From IMG/VR virus record IMGVR_UViG_3300032260_000005, positions 1-56,348 of that record: a stretch of DNA of 56,348 nt; one strand, 5' to 3'. Positions 35,124 to 45,513 of the stretch are shown piece after piece. Every line of letters starts with the position of its first letter. Position 1 is the first letter of the stretch. The notes under the pieces were generated by a model, which saw only the letters and a list, made by a program, of their open reading frames with translations, did not search any database and was not told the DNA's origin. The stretch comes from a virus. Taxonomy: Duplodnaviria > Caudoviricetes. Both the position numbers and the translations under genes were made by a program.

Positions 35124-35645
35124 CTACCTTCCTTCTGTCTTTTCTTGCGCAGCGTTCCTTGCTTCTATTTCCATTGGCGCTTGACTGTAACCATATTCAA
35201 TCATCTCATTTATGTACCTGCTCAGAAAAGCCTCCATTGATGCGGCCTTCTGGTATTGGGCTACATGTGTGAACTCATGGCCAAGCAAACCATCGCTTAT
35301 GTACTTTCTATTAACATACACGCAGTCGCCAATAGTCATACCTGCCAATTCTTGAGAGTATAAGCCAGTCAGCTTACCTGCCTGCAACAATAGCCAGTTA
35401 TCTGGTAGCGGAACACTATCACACTCAATCACCCTCATAGCACTTGGATGTACAACCCCCGCATCAAATGCAATAACAGCCTCTTCAGTTGTAATTGCCC
35501 TGCCTTTTGAGTACATGTCATCGCGTTGTAATGAACACCACCGCGTAGCCATGGGTAAGATTATTGGCTTTAGTATCTTGAGTATAGTTTTAACAACTGT
35601 CATCTCCACTTCTCCCTTAAAGCCTCTTTCTGCTTCCCGCTCCAT
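35124..35645 (-). CDS. DUF4157-like HExxH metallopeptidase
   Basis: AGMTIG, LLGHEFTHVAQY, PMEIEAR. Confidence 0.75.
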   Translation of the reverse strand: MEREAERGFKGEVEMTVVKTILKILKPIILPMATRWCSLQRDDMYSKGRAITTEEAVIAFDAGVVHPSAMRVIECDSVPLPDNWLLLQAGKLTGLYSQELAGMTIGDCVYVNRKYISDGLLGHEFTHVAQYQKAASMEAFLSRYINEMIEYGYSQAPMEIEARNAAQEKTEGR

Positions 35646-35878
35646 CTTGTCTTTCGTCGCTTTCTATTCATCTTTTGCGCTGTTGTTAAGTGCCATTTGC
35701 CACATTCTGTGCAGCTATACGGCCTTAGATTTCCTTTAGGCTTTCCTGGCTTAGTGTGCTGATGGCGCTTTACATCACTGTTTACTATCTTCGCGCCTCT
35801 TAGGGCGTCGCTTATCGTCTCGTATGGTATCTTGTTGCACATTGTTACCTCGCTTATTGAAGATTCGATCCCACTCAC
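35600..35878 (-). CDS. Zn-finger hypothetical protein
   Basis: RPYSCTECGKWHLT. Confidence 0.6.
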   Translation of the reverse strand: MSGIESSISEVTMCNKIPYETISDALRGAKIVNSDVKRHQHTKPGKPKGNLRPYSCTECGKWHLTTAQKMNRKRRKTRWSGKQKEALREKWR

Positions 35879-35937
35879 TTGCTACATGCTTATCTGATAC
35901 TTTCTGTGGCCTGCGCTTATCGCCTTTGCCGCTCAAC

Positions 35938-37584
35938 TCAATAGCCCACTGTTGCGTCAGTCATTCTACGAGGAGCCATATTAAGCCGCTTCTTCTCTTT
36001 TGGCTTCTTGATGCTAATAGCGATGATAGCACTATCGGCTAAATTAGGAGAGATAACACCCCTAGCCCTCATCTGCTTCTTAGACTCGACCTGCTTCTTT
36101 CCGTTGTTGGTGAAGATTCGCTTTGGCCTGGATAATTCAGACGTCAGGTCATGCAGATCCTCGCATTCAGAGCTGATACTGATTAGGTTCTCTGGGTTTA
36201 CATTGATAAGAAGGCCTTGTTCAGCTCTCTGAACCGCCTCGTAAGTTGCCTTGAATCTGTCCCTGGCCCATGTCCAGGTTTGCGCCCGATAATTTAAAAA
36301 CTCATCCTTGTTCTTCTTTAGCTGAGTATCCTTATTTTCAGTTGCGCCATAATACTTTTCAGGCTCATCTACACCAGAAGAGCCATAATATGCATGCATC
36401 TTCATTTTAGAGGGCTTGTTCCCAACAAGGGACAGCTTCATGCTGGGAGCGCCCATTCCATCAGCATCATAACTAAATACATCAGAACCATACTCTGTAG
36501 CTGTGGACATAGCCCAAGGTATAGCAATAGTAATATCGCCTTTTTTCATCTGCTTTGCTTCAGTTATGACCGAGCCATACTTATTCGTTATGGCCTTGGC
36601 GTCACCTACGTCAGCAGGATCAAAGGCTGTCACCTTAAGTCCTGATGGCTCAAACCCTAATTTGATGTGAGCGTCAACTGATGCTTTAACCCACTTTGCA
36701 GGGATAAACACATCTTCAGCAGAAGCATTGTAATCACGGTCTATCTCTTGAGCCACCGTTACTTCGTCCTGCTCTTCAACCTGCTTTTGATACCAGGCGT
36801 CATCCTTTCTTGGATCGTCGCGCCAATCAAATACGAATATCTTGCTTGTACCAGAGAACCGCTGCCTTTTCTTGTAAAAGAGGTTTCCACTTCCGTTTGG
36901 TGTTGATATGTCAATCTGACAGTTTGTGTTCTGTGATAGAGCCGCATCTACCTTTTCTTGCCTCTCAACGAATGCGGCCTCATCCACAATATAGACCGAG
37001 CATCGACCGCCACGGCCAATCTCATCGCCTGATTCGCCTATGATTGCCGCCTCTGTATTAGGATTAACTATCCTCATGTGAGCAGAGCAAGTTCGTCTAT
37101 CCCAGCTCTCAGGCATGAACTCAACAGGTATGTTCTCTAGGAAAAACCTGATCTTCTCAAAAATAGACTTGGAATCCCCTCTCTTGTCTACCAGCTCTTC
37201 CTTTCTTGACCCAAAGCCAGCAGTAAAGCCATCCTCAAAGCACCACATCGACACGGCGAACCCTACAGAAAGCCATGTCACGCCACAGTCACGCGACTTC
37301 TCTACTAATCCACGCTCTTGATTCCTCCAACTCTGATACGCCCACCGTATATACTCTTCCTGCTTAGGCCAGAGAACAAACGGTATTGAGGCAATCAATC
37401 CTCTTTCTATGTTGCGAGGCTCAAAAGTCATACCCCAGTCAGATATGAAATCCCACGGATGAGTACGGTAATGTGTCTTTGCTGCGGATAATAGCTTTGG
37501 GTCTGCACGAAGCTTGGCTAATACCTTAGCTCTACGTGCGAATATTGCGGAATATTCGGGGTTTTGATAATCCATACAATTCAA
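35938..37584 (-). CDS. terL: Terminase large subunit
   Basis: EKSRDCGVTW Walker A, YIVDEAA Walker B, ISTPNG, AFDPAD and SPNLADS nuclease motifs. Confidence 0.95.
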   Translation of the reverse strand: MNCMDYQNPEYSAIFARRAKVLAKLRADPKLLSAAKTHYRTHPWDFISDWGMTFEPRNIERGLIASIPFVLWPKQEEYIRWAYQSWRNQERGLVEKSRDCGVTWLSVGFAVSMWCFEDGFTAGFGSRKEELVDKRGDSKSIFEKIRFFLENIPVEFMPESWDRRTCSAHMRIVNPNTEAAIIGESGDEIGRGGRCSVYIVDEAAFVERQEKVDAALSQNTNCQIDISTPNGSGNLFYKKRQRFSGTSKIFVFDWRDDPRKDDAWYQKQVEEQDEVTVAQEIDRDYNASAEDVFIPAKWVKASVDAHIKLGFEPSGLKVTAFDPADVGDAKAITNKYGSVITEAKQMKKGDITIAIPWAMSTATEYGSDVFSYDADGMGAPSMKLSLVGNKPSKMKMHAYYGSSGVDEPEKYYGATENKDTQLKKNKDEFLNYRAQTWTWARDRFKATYEAVQRAEQGLLINVNPENLISISSECEDLHDLTSELSRPKRIFTNNGKKQVESKKQMRARGVISPNLADSAIIAISIKKPKEKKRLNMAPRRMTDATVGY

Positions 37585-37619
37585 TAGGTTAGTTAACTTT
37601 CTACAGTAGTGATATATAC

Positions 37620-38171
37620 CTACTCTTGATTCATCATTTCCTTGTAAATACGGGATGCTTCTTTAGGGTCTTCGCTACCAGTTATCACATGAACTTGAGG
37701 CCCACCACCAGGGCCAGTGACCTCTTGGGATATCTTGTCCCCATACTTCTTAGGGTTCTCCTTCGATGACTGCCACTTGAATGCGTCTAGATGCAGTTTG
37801 GCTAATGCAACCGACGTAGTCGTAACTGTCTCTACGATTTTACCGTCTACCATCAGCGGCACATCATCAATAACTACCGGAACTTTTGCGATTGAGTGGA
37901 GTTCATGCTCAAGCTCATCAAACTTATAATCCTTGGAATACTGCCGTGCGCGCACGTATTGGTCACGAAACTTTATGTACTTTTCCTCGGCGTCTTCTAT
38001 GTCTGCCTTCAATAACCACCTGAATACAGTGGTTTTGCTTGGCATTCCGTCCTCCTCGCATACCTTCCTTAAAGATCCCACGCTAATCAGCGAATCGCAC
38101 ACCCTCGTTCCCAACTCTGGCGTAAAGGTAGTGTTTGCTTCTGCGTACTTATTGCCCTTAGGTGCTGGCAT
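37620..38171 (-). CDS. terS: Terminase small subunit
   Basis: MPAPKGNKYA, GSLRKVC..GMPSKTTVFRWL, PKKYGDK. Confidence 0.9.
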   Translation of the reverse strand: MPAPKGNKYAEANTTFTPELGTRVCDSLISVGSLRKVCEEDGMPSKTTVFRWLLKADIEDAEEKYIKFRDQYVRARQYSKDYKFDELEHELHSIAKVPVVIDDVPLMVDGKIVETVTTTSVALAKLHLDAFKWQSSKENPKKYGDKISQEVTGPGGGPQVHVITGSEDPKEASRIYKEMMNQE

Positions 38172-38348
38172 CAGACTCTAAAGGCTCTCACTACTTTTCA
38201 TGGCTTTATCTCATTACCCTGTAATTTAATGATTAGGGTTATAACAGCAGCTCCTACTATAACTATTGAGCCTATGATGGTTGCTACTGTCTCAATCACC
38301 CAGAAGAGATACCCTAGTGTTTCAAACATTATTCTCCCTATCCGTAGC

Positions 38349-38681
38349 TCATCTATTTCGCGCTTCTGTCTTCTGGGTTAATTCCATCTCAAGTAATTCT
38401 ATTTTAATTCTCCGCTCTTCGTGCTCTTGATCCTCTTCACGTTTGAATATTTCGTGCTTTTCTTTTTCTAAGTTGAATTTTTTAACCTGAATGACACAAA
38501 GGATAACTGATATTACTAATCCGCATAGTGGAAGGATTGGGCTTGCATTTGTTACTAGACTAGCGCCTCCTGCTATCACTGTTACTATGCTTACACCTAG
38601 CGCAGCCTTGAGGCTTAGAAGTGCATCCATTGCAGACCATGCTTGTTCTGCTGCCTCTGCTGTTGTCGAGGTAACGCTCAC
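38349..38681 (-). CDS. Membrane protein, possible holin
   Basis: Two TM segments and charged C-terminus. Confidence 0.5.
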   Translation of the reverse strand: MSVTSTTAEAAEQAWSAMDALLSLKAALGVSIVTVIAGGASLVTNASPILPLCGLVISVILCVIQVKKFNLEKEKHEIFKREEDQEHEERRIKIELLEMELTQKTEARNR

Positions 38682-39148
38682 GTTTCCTCTTTATGCTTAA
38701 AATTGCATTGACGCAATACATTGAAAGATAAGCTAGGCCCGCCAATCCCGCTAAAATGCTGATTGCTTCCTCTAGCATCTCCCTTACCTATTATTAGTAT
38801 TGAGGTTGAGTAGATTATGATAAATGAAATGGCATACACATAAGGTTCTAGGTAGGCAGCCCACATGGCAAGCCCGACTAGGTCGGCAACTATACAAGCC
38901 AAGGCCAGCCACATTATGTCCCTCCGTTCTGGGAATGCCCTAATAACCAAGCACACGGTCATTGCTGATAATAGCCCAGATGATGAGAAGTAGACTACTC
39001 CTTCAAGCGAGTCTTTAAATAAATAATGTATAGCCATTGGTAATATAAATACCAGACCACTAAGTGAGGATCTTCCTACAGCTACAACCACAGCGGCCAC
39101 GATAAGTGACTCTGTGATTAGCGTGATAGTTGCGTCTAGCGGGATCAT
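38678..39148 (-). CDS. Multi-pass membrane protein
   Basis: 4-5 hydrophobic segments. Confidence 0.6.
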   Translation of the reverse strand: MIPLDATITLITESLIVAAVVVAVGRSSLSGLVFILPMAIHYLFKDSLEGVVYFSSSGLLSAMTVCLVIRAFPERRDIMWLALACIVADLVGLAMWAAYLEPYVYAISFIIIYSTSILIIGKGDARGSNQHFSGIGGPSLSFNVLRQCNFKHKEET

Positions 39149-39371
39149 GCGCCCTCTTTCTTCTTCCTTCGTTTCAGTGCGCCACTTGCGATCTTTTCAC
39201 GATCAGCAGCCCTTTTATATTCCTTCATTGGTCGCTTCTCTTCATTCTCTGAGATTTGTTTCTTTTTCATTCGCATCACTACCTATCACATTCACATGAA
39301 TTAATTATAACATATCTGGTTATTGCCACCTAAATGACTCGCCGTAGTAATCATCAGCTATAATTCAGCCT

Positions 39372-39554
39372 ATGACATGGGACGGATACAAAACAAAGCA
39401 TAAAACCCGCTCGCAATCTACTGTGAAGGCAGAGCGTATATTAATTTCATCGCTCAAATGGGCGGCAGCTGCTTTAGCTATATGGCTATTCATAGTCTCA
39501 CCAATGCTCACCCCTCCAGAGTATGACTTACCTGTGGATTTTACTCACGACTAA
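39372..39554 (+). CDS. Small membrane protein, opposite strand
   Basis: 60 aa with one TM segment; TATAAT immediately upstream. Confidence 0.45.
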   Translation: MTWDGYKTKHKTRSQSTVKAERILISSLKWAAAALAIWLFIVSPMLTPPEYDLPVDFTHD

Positions 39555-42500
39555 GCTGCTGTAGCTCTCTATGGCGCTCCCTAAACCTAGCGCCAGCCTC
39601 TTTATCAAAGAGCATATCAGCCTTTTTAAGTGCGTTTCTCAAGCTGGCCGCTGATGGCTTCCATGTAGGAACCGTGTCTCTCATAAGGGCAGCCACATCT
39701 ATTTTTGAGATTCCGCTTTTTAATAGGATACGCCTAATCTGACTAACAGATAACCCGCTTTTACTGGCGGCATGGATAATCTTAAACATATTGCCATAAG
39801 CCTTCTGCCTTAGCTCTGCGCTTAACTCCCATGCGGCTTTCAGCTCATCTTTAGTGATTTTATTCGGATTACGGATAACCTTATTTATCTTCCTTGTTGC
39901 ATCGCGCTTTATATCCTTAAAATCATAGCTTCTATAATATAGCGCAACCTTTGGGTCGAGCGTGGACACCCTCCATCCACCCCAAGCCATAGCCTCATCT
40001 GCTATATTGTACTTCCTGCCAGATGGGGATCTTTCGCCATTAATAGCCTTCATGGTTCGCTCAACATTAGCCATAACCCCCGGCTGAAGGTTCTTTCTGA
40101 GGTGATTCGCAATATCTTTTGTCGCTTCCCACGGCTGATCATGCTCGCTATAAACAGGCGCGCCTGACTCCTTTTTGTTGGCAAGAATCTCAAAAACAGC
40201 GCCAGCTGCAATGTCAGTACCTAAGAACGGCGATAATGTTTCTTTTAATACATCCTTCGCTGATTCCTTCCAATCCTGATCCCTAATAACAGCGGTAATA
40301 GGCCGCTTCCAATAGTTGTACGGGTCAAGAAAAGAGATATCAAAATACTGTAGCTCTCCATTCTCACCTCTTCCTGTGAAAATCAAATTACTGTTTCTCT
40401 GCCAAGGAGCGGCAAGTAGACGAACAGCCTCTTCCTCATCGTCATCAACCCCAAGGGCTGTCTTCATTATTTCCTGAAGAGCATAGGCAAAACTAGATAC
40501 AATCGCTAGCCCAGCAGCGCGGCGCATAGCAATTGGTCGCATGCCAGGTGTCTTCATATCCTCCGCCATGTACTTCACGATATGAATAGATGTGCGAATA
40601 ATCTCCGAAGGGAACGAAACAAATGTTCCAGCTAGCGGGAAGCGGCGCAATGACTGCATTGCTTTTCCAACCATTGAATAGGTTGGGTATGTGTTTCTAA
40701 TGCGCTCCGCTGCTTTCTTCTTTGCTGCTTGCTCGCTAAGGCCGGCATGCTTCATGAGAAGATTCTTTTCATTCTCGAAGCCTATGATTTTCCAAAAATC
40801 ATCTCCGTACTGATAGAATTTCTGGGCGTTTTGCAACAAGAACTCTGCTATAGATACTGCTTTTCCGCGCTTTCCTTTTAGCATGTCTTCCATGCGAGAG
40901 TCATCAAGAAGCCTCATCATCTCGCCTGCATATGGGGTATCGTAAACTACTCCAAGCTCTTTCATCTCTCTTAGATACGCAAGTTTTGACCCTTCGCCCT
41001 GCTGGGTGAAATACTCCCTTAACCCAGCAAGCGATTTGGACGCATGTGAAATATCAAAATGACCGTTCGCCAAAGTGAAAAACATAGCCGATTGCCAGTT
41101 ACGCATCGCAGTAGTTGGTGAAAGTATGGTCTTGCCAAACTTAACCATGCCGTTCATCTGGACAATTGTTCGATACCAATTTTCCATTTGCTCCTTACCC
41201 AGAGCGTCACGGAAAGCCTCCTCTATCTCTGGGTATGTCCATAGTCCATTCAGTGGCGCGTAGGATTCTGACCCATCTGCCGCAAATTGCTTAGTGGCCT
41301 CTGGTGGTCTGTCTGTTCCTTCGAATAGGAAGTTATCCATACCATGCACAAGCACCCGATCAAGAAACTTTTGGTTCCAGATCAATCTGCCCATCTTTGA
41401 TGCTGATTTAGCAAAACTCAATCTAGGGTCAACGTACTCCCCCAGTAAAGCGCGAATTTCAGGAGCTATCTGCTTCCTATGCTTTAGAACAGATAAGTCT
41501 TTTGCGCCTAATTTAGATTCCTTGATGAAAGATTCCATGCTGTCATAGGCGGTTCCTGTTTTCACAATCTCATGTAAAGCAACTTCAGCTAGCCGACCAG
41601 CCTCTGCGGCATCTTCTCCATTAGAGATATGTCTATCACGGATATAATCTCTAGCCGCATTCAGCACATTATCAGGAATCTTTTTAAACCACGTCTTGTC
41701 ATCAAAAGCCCGATAAGAGCGATTAACATATGTCCCTATATTGCTCACTATTGTTTCTAATAGGCCCGCTTTTGCCTGAGCTGCTGCTGAGCCTTCTTGT
41801 GTTAGTGTGTCTACCTCATTGTTTATGATCTCTACATACTGTGCTGATAGCCCGTCTATATACCCCCTCATGGCATATATCTCACTGCGCACAGACTCTG
41901 GTATGCTTGGATCTACGTCACCAGTAAGAGCTTTGCCTAGCTTTTCAAGAAGAGGCTTATCTAGCGCCTCGAAACGTTTTCCATATTCTTTCTTGACCGC
42001 TATTTCTAGCCTTCCCACCAAGTGCCTAACGTCAAACTCAACCACCTCAAACTCTGAATCACGAATAATCTTCTCATCAAACACTTCTTTTGGCAGCAGC
42101 CCACCAGGGCTAAAATACCTCTTCAGCGTTTTATCTGCCTTTTCCCATAGCGGCGTATCTTCTTCTCTCAGGCGCTGGTTTTCTTTCTGGAACTCATTTA
42201 GCTCTGGTTTCTTCCCACTTAGGCCGCGTTTGGAGTAGCCTGCTTTTTTCTCCTCAACAGCTAACCCAACCAGCGGCCTACCATATTCCATTCCAGGATC
42301 AGGTGTGATTCCCTTAAGTATGCGCAGCGAATCCCCGTTGCGATAAATTACATCCGTAAGAAGCCCTTTTTCTATCGCCCGCATGGTTAGTGACTTATAT
42401 CTACCATCTGGGATGTTCACGGCGAACATGTCCTTTGCCCCCGTAGCTCTTGCGAACTTACGTATCTCTGCCGCAAGGCGTAGCGGCCTCCCTTCGTTTA

Positions 42501-45228
42501 TCACATCTAAAGGTACATCCATGACACCTGCTATACCTCCTAAGCCAGCCTTGCGACCTACTAGCTGGAAAGTGCCTTCTGACCCAGCTAACGCCGCGCC
42601 AATATGGGCAGCGTCTTTTGGCTGCATGATCCTCTCTCCAAGAATCTTATGCGGGATCTTTGGAGAGGCAAGATTATACTTATACCTGTCTGGTGTTTTT
42701 GATGTGTCAAGAGCATGCTCGCTGTAATTGGCAGCGCCCTGTTCATTGGTAGCTATGCTTACATATTTCTCATGGTTAATAACAATATGGGATTTAAGCC
42801 CTGGAAGCTTTAAGCTCAGCCTGCCAGTAAAAGCGAGATCGCTTCCTGATGGAGTCGGGTTGCCGGACGGATGATTATGAAGCAGATAATAGCTGTCCGC
42901 TCCAGATGCCTTCATTTTCGCATTTAAATCCTCGATAGCGGCATCCCTGCTGAATCCGCGCCTGCCTTGCCCGACAAATACAGCCGACGCACCTGGAAGC
43001 CTAGATGTAATGCCTGTCTGTCCTACGACGCGCGCTCCTTTCATAAAGAAAATACGGAACGTCTCAAACGATGGGTTTCGATATATCTGAGCCAGCGCCG
43101 CCAGGTCTTTGTGGTTATTTATGGTCTGCCCTATTAGGTAGGTTTTCCCTTCTTCTTGGAAGTCTTTTGGCATGCTGTTAGCGAGTATGGAGCCTTCAAT
43201 CCTCCGCACACGCTCCACTGCTTGAGCTGCTTCTTTGAATGGCTTTTCGTTGGCTTTATTTGGTTCATACTTTGCCTCCAGTTGTGCTACATATTCAGCG
43301 CCAGTCTCGTATATCGCCACGCCATTATCTGTTTCCTTGGTTTGAATGGTAGAAAACAGATCGTCGAATGACTTATGGATTGACTCTTGCTCAGCCTCAA
43401 TAGGATATGGATAGCTGCTATCTGTCTCCAAGCCCAGCGCCTCTGCTGCATCCCAGTATTCTTTAGATACGATGTTGGCAAGATAGTCACTCTCAAAGCC
43501 ATTGGTCTTGAGCCTTTCGATAACATAACTCTCAAATGACCGAGCAGACATTTCTACGCTTGTTGACCAATAGTTTTTGGTTTTCCTTCCATCTAGTTTG
43601 AGTGCGCGCTGCGGCAGCCCAGATGCTTTGATTGCCGTCATTACGCCCTTGAATTTTGCCAGCACCTCTTTCCTGACAGATTTATCCATTAACTCATAAG
43701 GACGATCAGAGACATACTGGATGTTATCTCCGCGCATTCTGGAGAAATAGTTATCTAAAGCATGAAACCACTCATGAGCAAGGCTTCCTGCCCCCTTCTT
43801 TTTGGTGAGATTGATGACGACCCTGCTTGGCTCGTAGTGAGCTGCTGGAGTAATGCCTCCAGCAATCTTTCCTTTGCCTCTAGCACCAAAGGCCATGCCT
43901 AGCTCACCATCCAGTGATATTGCTTTGGACGGTATATCTAACAAGTTAGCAAGATCCATAAGCCCGTCATACGCATCATTTAGGCTTTCTTGTCGTTTGG
44001 CCTGCTCAACCCAGTTGCCGAACTCTACACCCCTAAAGCCAAAGGTTTCACGAAAATCATCAGCTGACACATCTTTGTCTTCGCGATAATTCTTACCTAT
44101 CCTGACCTCGTTGGTAGCTCTTCGGTGTGCAGGTATCTCTTTTCTGTGCTTTAGCGTCTGCTCTAAGGTGTTTTGGTTTTCGTCTATGTGGCTGCGCGCT
44201 TCTTTCGCGGTCTTAAACCCTTCGGCAAGATCAAGATGGTTGCCTCCTACCTTTTTGCCGACAATCCATCCCCGGCCAGGTTCAGCGCGATACTGGTATA
44301 CATCAAAGGAAGTCTGCTTGCCTGTTTTTGGCTTGGCCTGTTCTGTCTCTAGGTAATGCTTCAGCGCCTCTACAGCAGTCTCTCTCGTATCAGATGCGGC
44401 TATCTCGCCACCCATACCTCCAAATGACTTACGGCTTTTTGCTGGAACGTCTACGATCCATTTATTTACATTCCTCTCGTCTCCATAAGATGCATAATGC
44501 CTTTTCTCTAAGGTGATGCCTTTAAGATCAGCTGCGCTACCAGGGAATCCAAGCTCAAGCATTAGATCAACGCGGTCAGCAAGAGTGTTTATCATCCCGC
44601 TATTACGCATCTTATCGAGGAAATTACCCGCGTATGCAGGATTATCTAAAATATCTTTTGCAGCCTTCCTTAAAACAGTAACGCCTTCAACGTACCGTTC
44701 CTTCTGGAAGTTGCTTCGGCCTCTTGGTTTGGCAGGAATCTCTTCGCGCATCACCTTAATTAAAGCTAGTGATTGTGCGTTAGCCCCCTGCTCAGCAAGT
44801 GTCTTGTAGTTTGGCTCTGGGAATGACTTGCTTAGGGGCAGCGCCAGGATGTCGCTTTCTGATAAGTCATTTGACACCTTATCTCTAAATCCAGCCCAGG
44901 TATCCTTTCTTGCCCCGCCTATCTTCTCGCCTACGTCCTCAATCTTCTCGCCGCTTGGCTTGGCCTCCTTAACCGCTTCAACCACTTCAACTACAGGAAT
45001 CCTCCAGCTCTCAGGCACAATCCCGCCCGCCTTAGTGATCTGGCTGTGAATGTCGGTTAATTCTTTGGTGTATTCACTCAGTTTGTCTTTGACCGCCTCC
45101 AGGTGAGCCTCGGCAGGAGTGTAACCCTCTGTGCTTTGATATTCTTTTGAGCCAGCCCGAATATCATCTTTATCCACATTAGGCAGATCCGATAGCTCAG
45201 CAGATAAGCATTTCTTGAGTGTACCCAT
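39541..45228 (-). CDS. Large polyvalent protein (LPD5/LPD1-like zincin region, RadC-like JAB domain, helical C-terminus)
   Basis: KIEDVGEKIGGARKD; FRETFGFRGVEFGNW ... GAGSLAHEWFHALD ... EMSARSFE; LLHNHPSGNPTPSGSD. Confidence 0.85.
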   Translation of the reverse strand: MGTLKKCLSAELSDLPNVDKDDIRAGSKEYQSTEGYTPAEAHLEAVKDKLSEYTKELTDIHSQITKAGGIVPESWRIPVVEVVEAVKEAKPSGEKIEDVGEKIGGARKDTWAGFRDKVSNDLSESDILALPLSKSFPEPNYKTLAEQGANAQSLALIKVMREEIPAKPRGRSNFQKERYVEGVTVLRKAAKDILDNPAYAGNFLDKMRNSGMINTLADRVDLMLELGFPGSAADLKGITLEKRHYASYGDERNVNKWIVDVPAKSRKSFGGMGGEIAASDTRETAVEALKHYLETEQAKPKTGKQTSFDVYQYRAEPGRGWIVGKKVGGNHLDLAEGFKTAKEARSHIDENQNTLEQTLKHRKEIPAHRRATNEVRIGKNYREDKDVSADDFRETFGFRGVEFGNWVEQAKRQESLNDAYDGLMDLANLLDIPSKAISLDGELGMAFGARGKGKIAGGITPAAHYEPSRVVINLTKKKGAGSLAHEWFHALDNYFSRMRGDNIQYVSDRPYELMDKSVRKEVLAKFKGVMTAIKASGLPQRALKLDGRKTKNYWSTSVEMSARSFESYVIERLKTNGFESDYLANIVSKEYWDAAEALGLETDSSYPYPIEAEQESIHKSFDDLFSTIQTKETDNGVAIYETGAEYVAQLEAKYEPNKANEKPFKEAAQAVERVRRIEGSILANSMPKDFQEEGKTYLIGQTINNHKDLAALAQIYRNPSFETFRIFFMKGARVVGQTGITSRLPGASAVFVGQGRRGFSRDAAIEDLNAKMKASGADSYYLLHNHPSGNPTPSGSDLAFTGRLSLKLPGLKSHIVINHEKYVSIATNEQGAANYSEHALDTSKTPDRYKYNLASPKIPHKILGERIMQPKDAAHIGAALAGSEGTFQLVGRKAGLGGIAGVMDVPLDVINEGRPLRLAAEIRKFARATGAKDMFAVNIPDGRYKSLTMRAIEKGLLTDVIYRNGDSLRILKGITPDPGMEYGRPLVGLAVEEKKAGYSKRGLSGKKPELNEFQKENQRLREEDTPLWEKADKTLKRYFSPGGLLPKEVFDEKIIRDSEFEVVEFDVRHLVGRLEIAVKKEYGKRFEALDKPLLEKLGKALTGDVDPSIPESVRSEIYAMRGYIDGLSAQYVEIINNEVDTLTQEGSAAAQAKAGLLETIVSNIGTYVNRSYRAFDDKTWFKKIPDNVLNAARDYIRDRHISNGEDAAEAGRLAEVALHEIVKTGTAYDSMESFIKESKLGAKDLSVLKHRKQIAPEIRALLGEYVDPRLSFAKSASKMGRLIWNQKFLDRVLVHGMDNFLFEGTDRPPEATKQFAADGSESYAPLNGLWTYPEIEEAFRDALGKEQMENWYRTIVQMNGMVKFGKTILSPTTAMRNWQSAMFFTLANGHFDISHASKSLAGLREYFTQQGEGSKLAYLREMKELGVVYDTPYAGEMMRLLDDSRMEDMLKGKRGKAVSIAEFLLQNAQKFYQYGDDFWKIIGFENEKNLLMKHAGLSEQAAKKKAAERIRNTYPTYSMVGKAMQSLRRFPLAGTFVSFPSEIIRTSIHIVKYMAEDMKTPGMRPIAMRRAAGLAIVSSFAYALQEIMKTALGVDDDEEEAVRLLAAPWQRNSNLIFTGRGENGELQYFDISFLDPYNYWKRPITAVIRDQDWKESAKDVLKETLSPFLGTDIAAGAVFEILANKKESGAPVYSEHDQPWEATKDIANHLRKNLQPGVMANVERTMKAINGERSPSGRKYNIADEAMAWGGWRVSTLDPKVALYYRSYDFKDIKRDATRKINKVIRNPNKITKDELKAAWELSAELRQKAYGNMFKIIHAASKSGLSVSQIRRILLKSGISKIDVAALMRDTVPTWKPSAASLRNALKKADMLFDKEAGARFRERHRELQQLSRE

Positions 45229-45513
45229 TTAGATCAGACCCCTGGCCCTTAAGATTAATATAATTTCATGAACTTCTTGATCTTGTATCCTGGCTATTCT
45301 CTCATGATACTGAATATTAGCCCATGATCCTTGTCTTGGCTCTTCCCCGCCTCCAGGTGCTGGAGTTATTGGCCCTCCAATGGCTGTCCCAGCGCCATCA
45401 ACCCATATACCCGTTAATGCAAGATAGCTTCTCCAGCCTGCCTGAGATACAGAAGGTGGAGAGCTAGGCCATACGCCCGTTAAGCCTAGTATCCCACCCC
45501 AGCCGCCAGCCAT
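45229..45513 (-). CDS. Hypothetical protein
   Basis: 94 aa, coupled to neighbours. Confidence 0.55.
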   Translation of the reverse strand: MAGGWGGILGLTGVWPSSPPSVSQAGWRSYLALTGIWVDGAGTAIGGPITPAPGGGEEPRQGSWANIQYHERIARIQDQEVHEIILILRARGLI

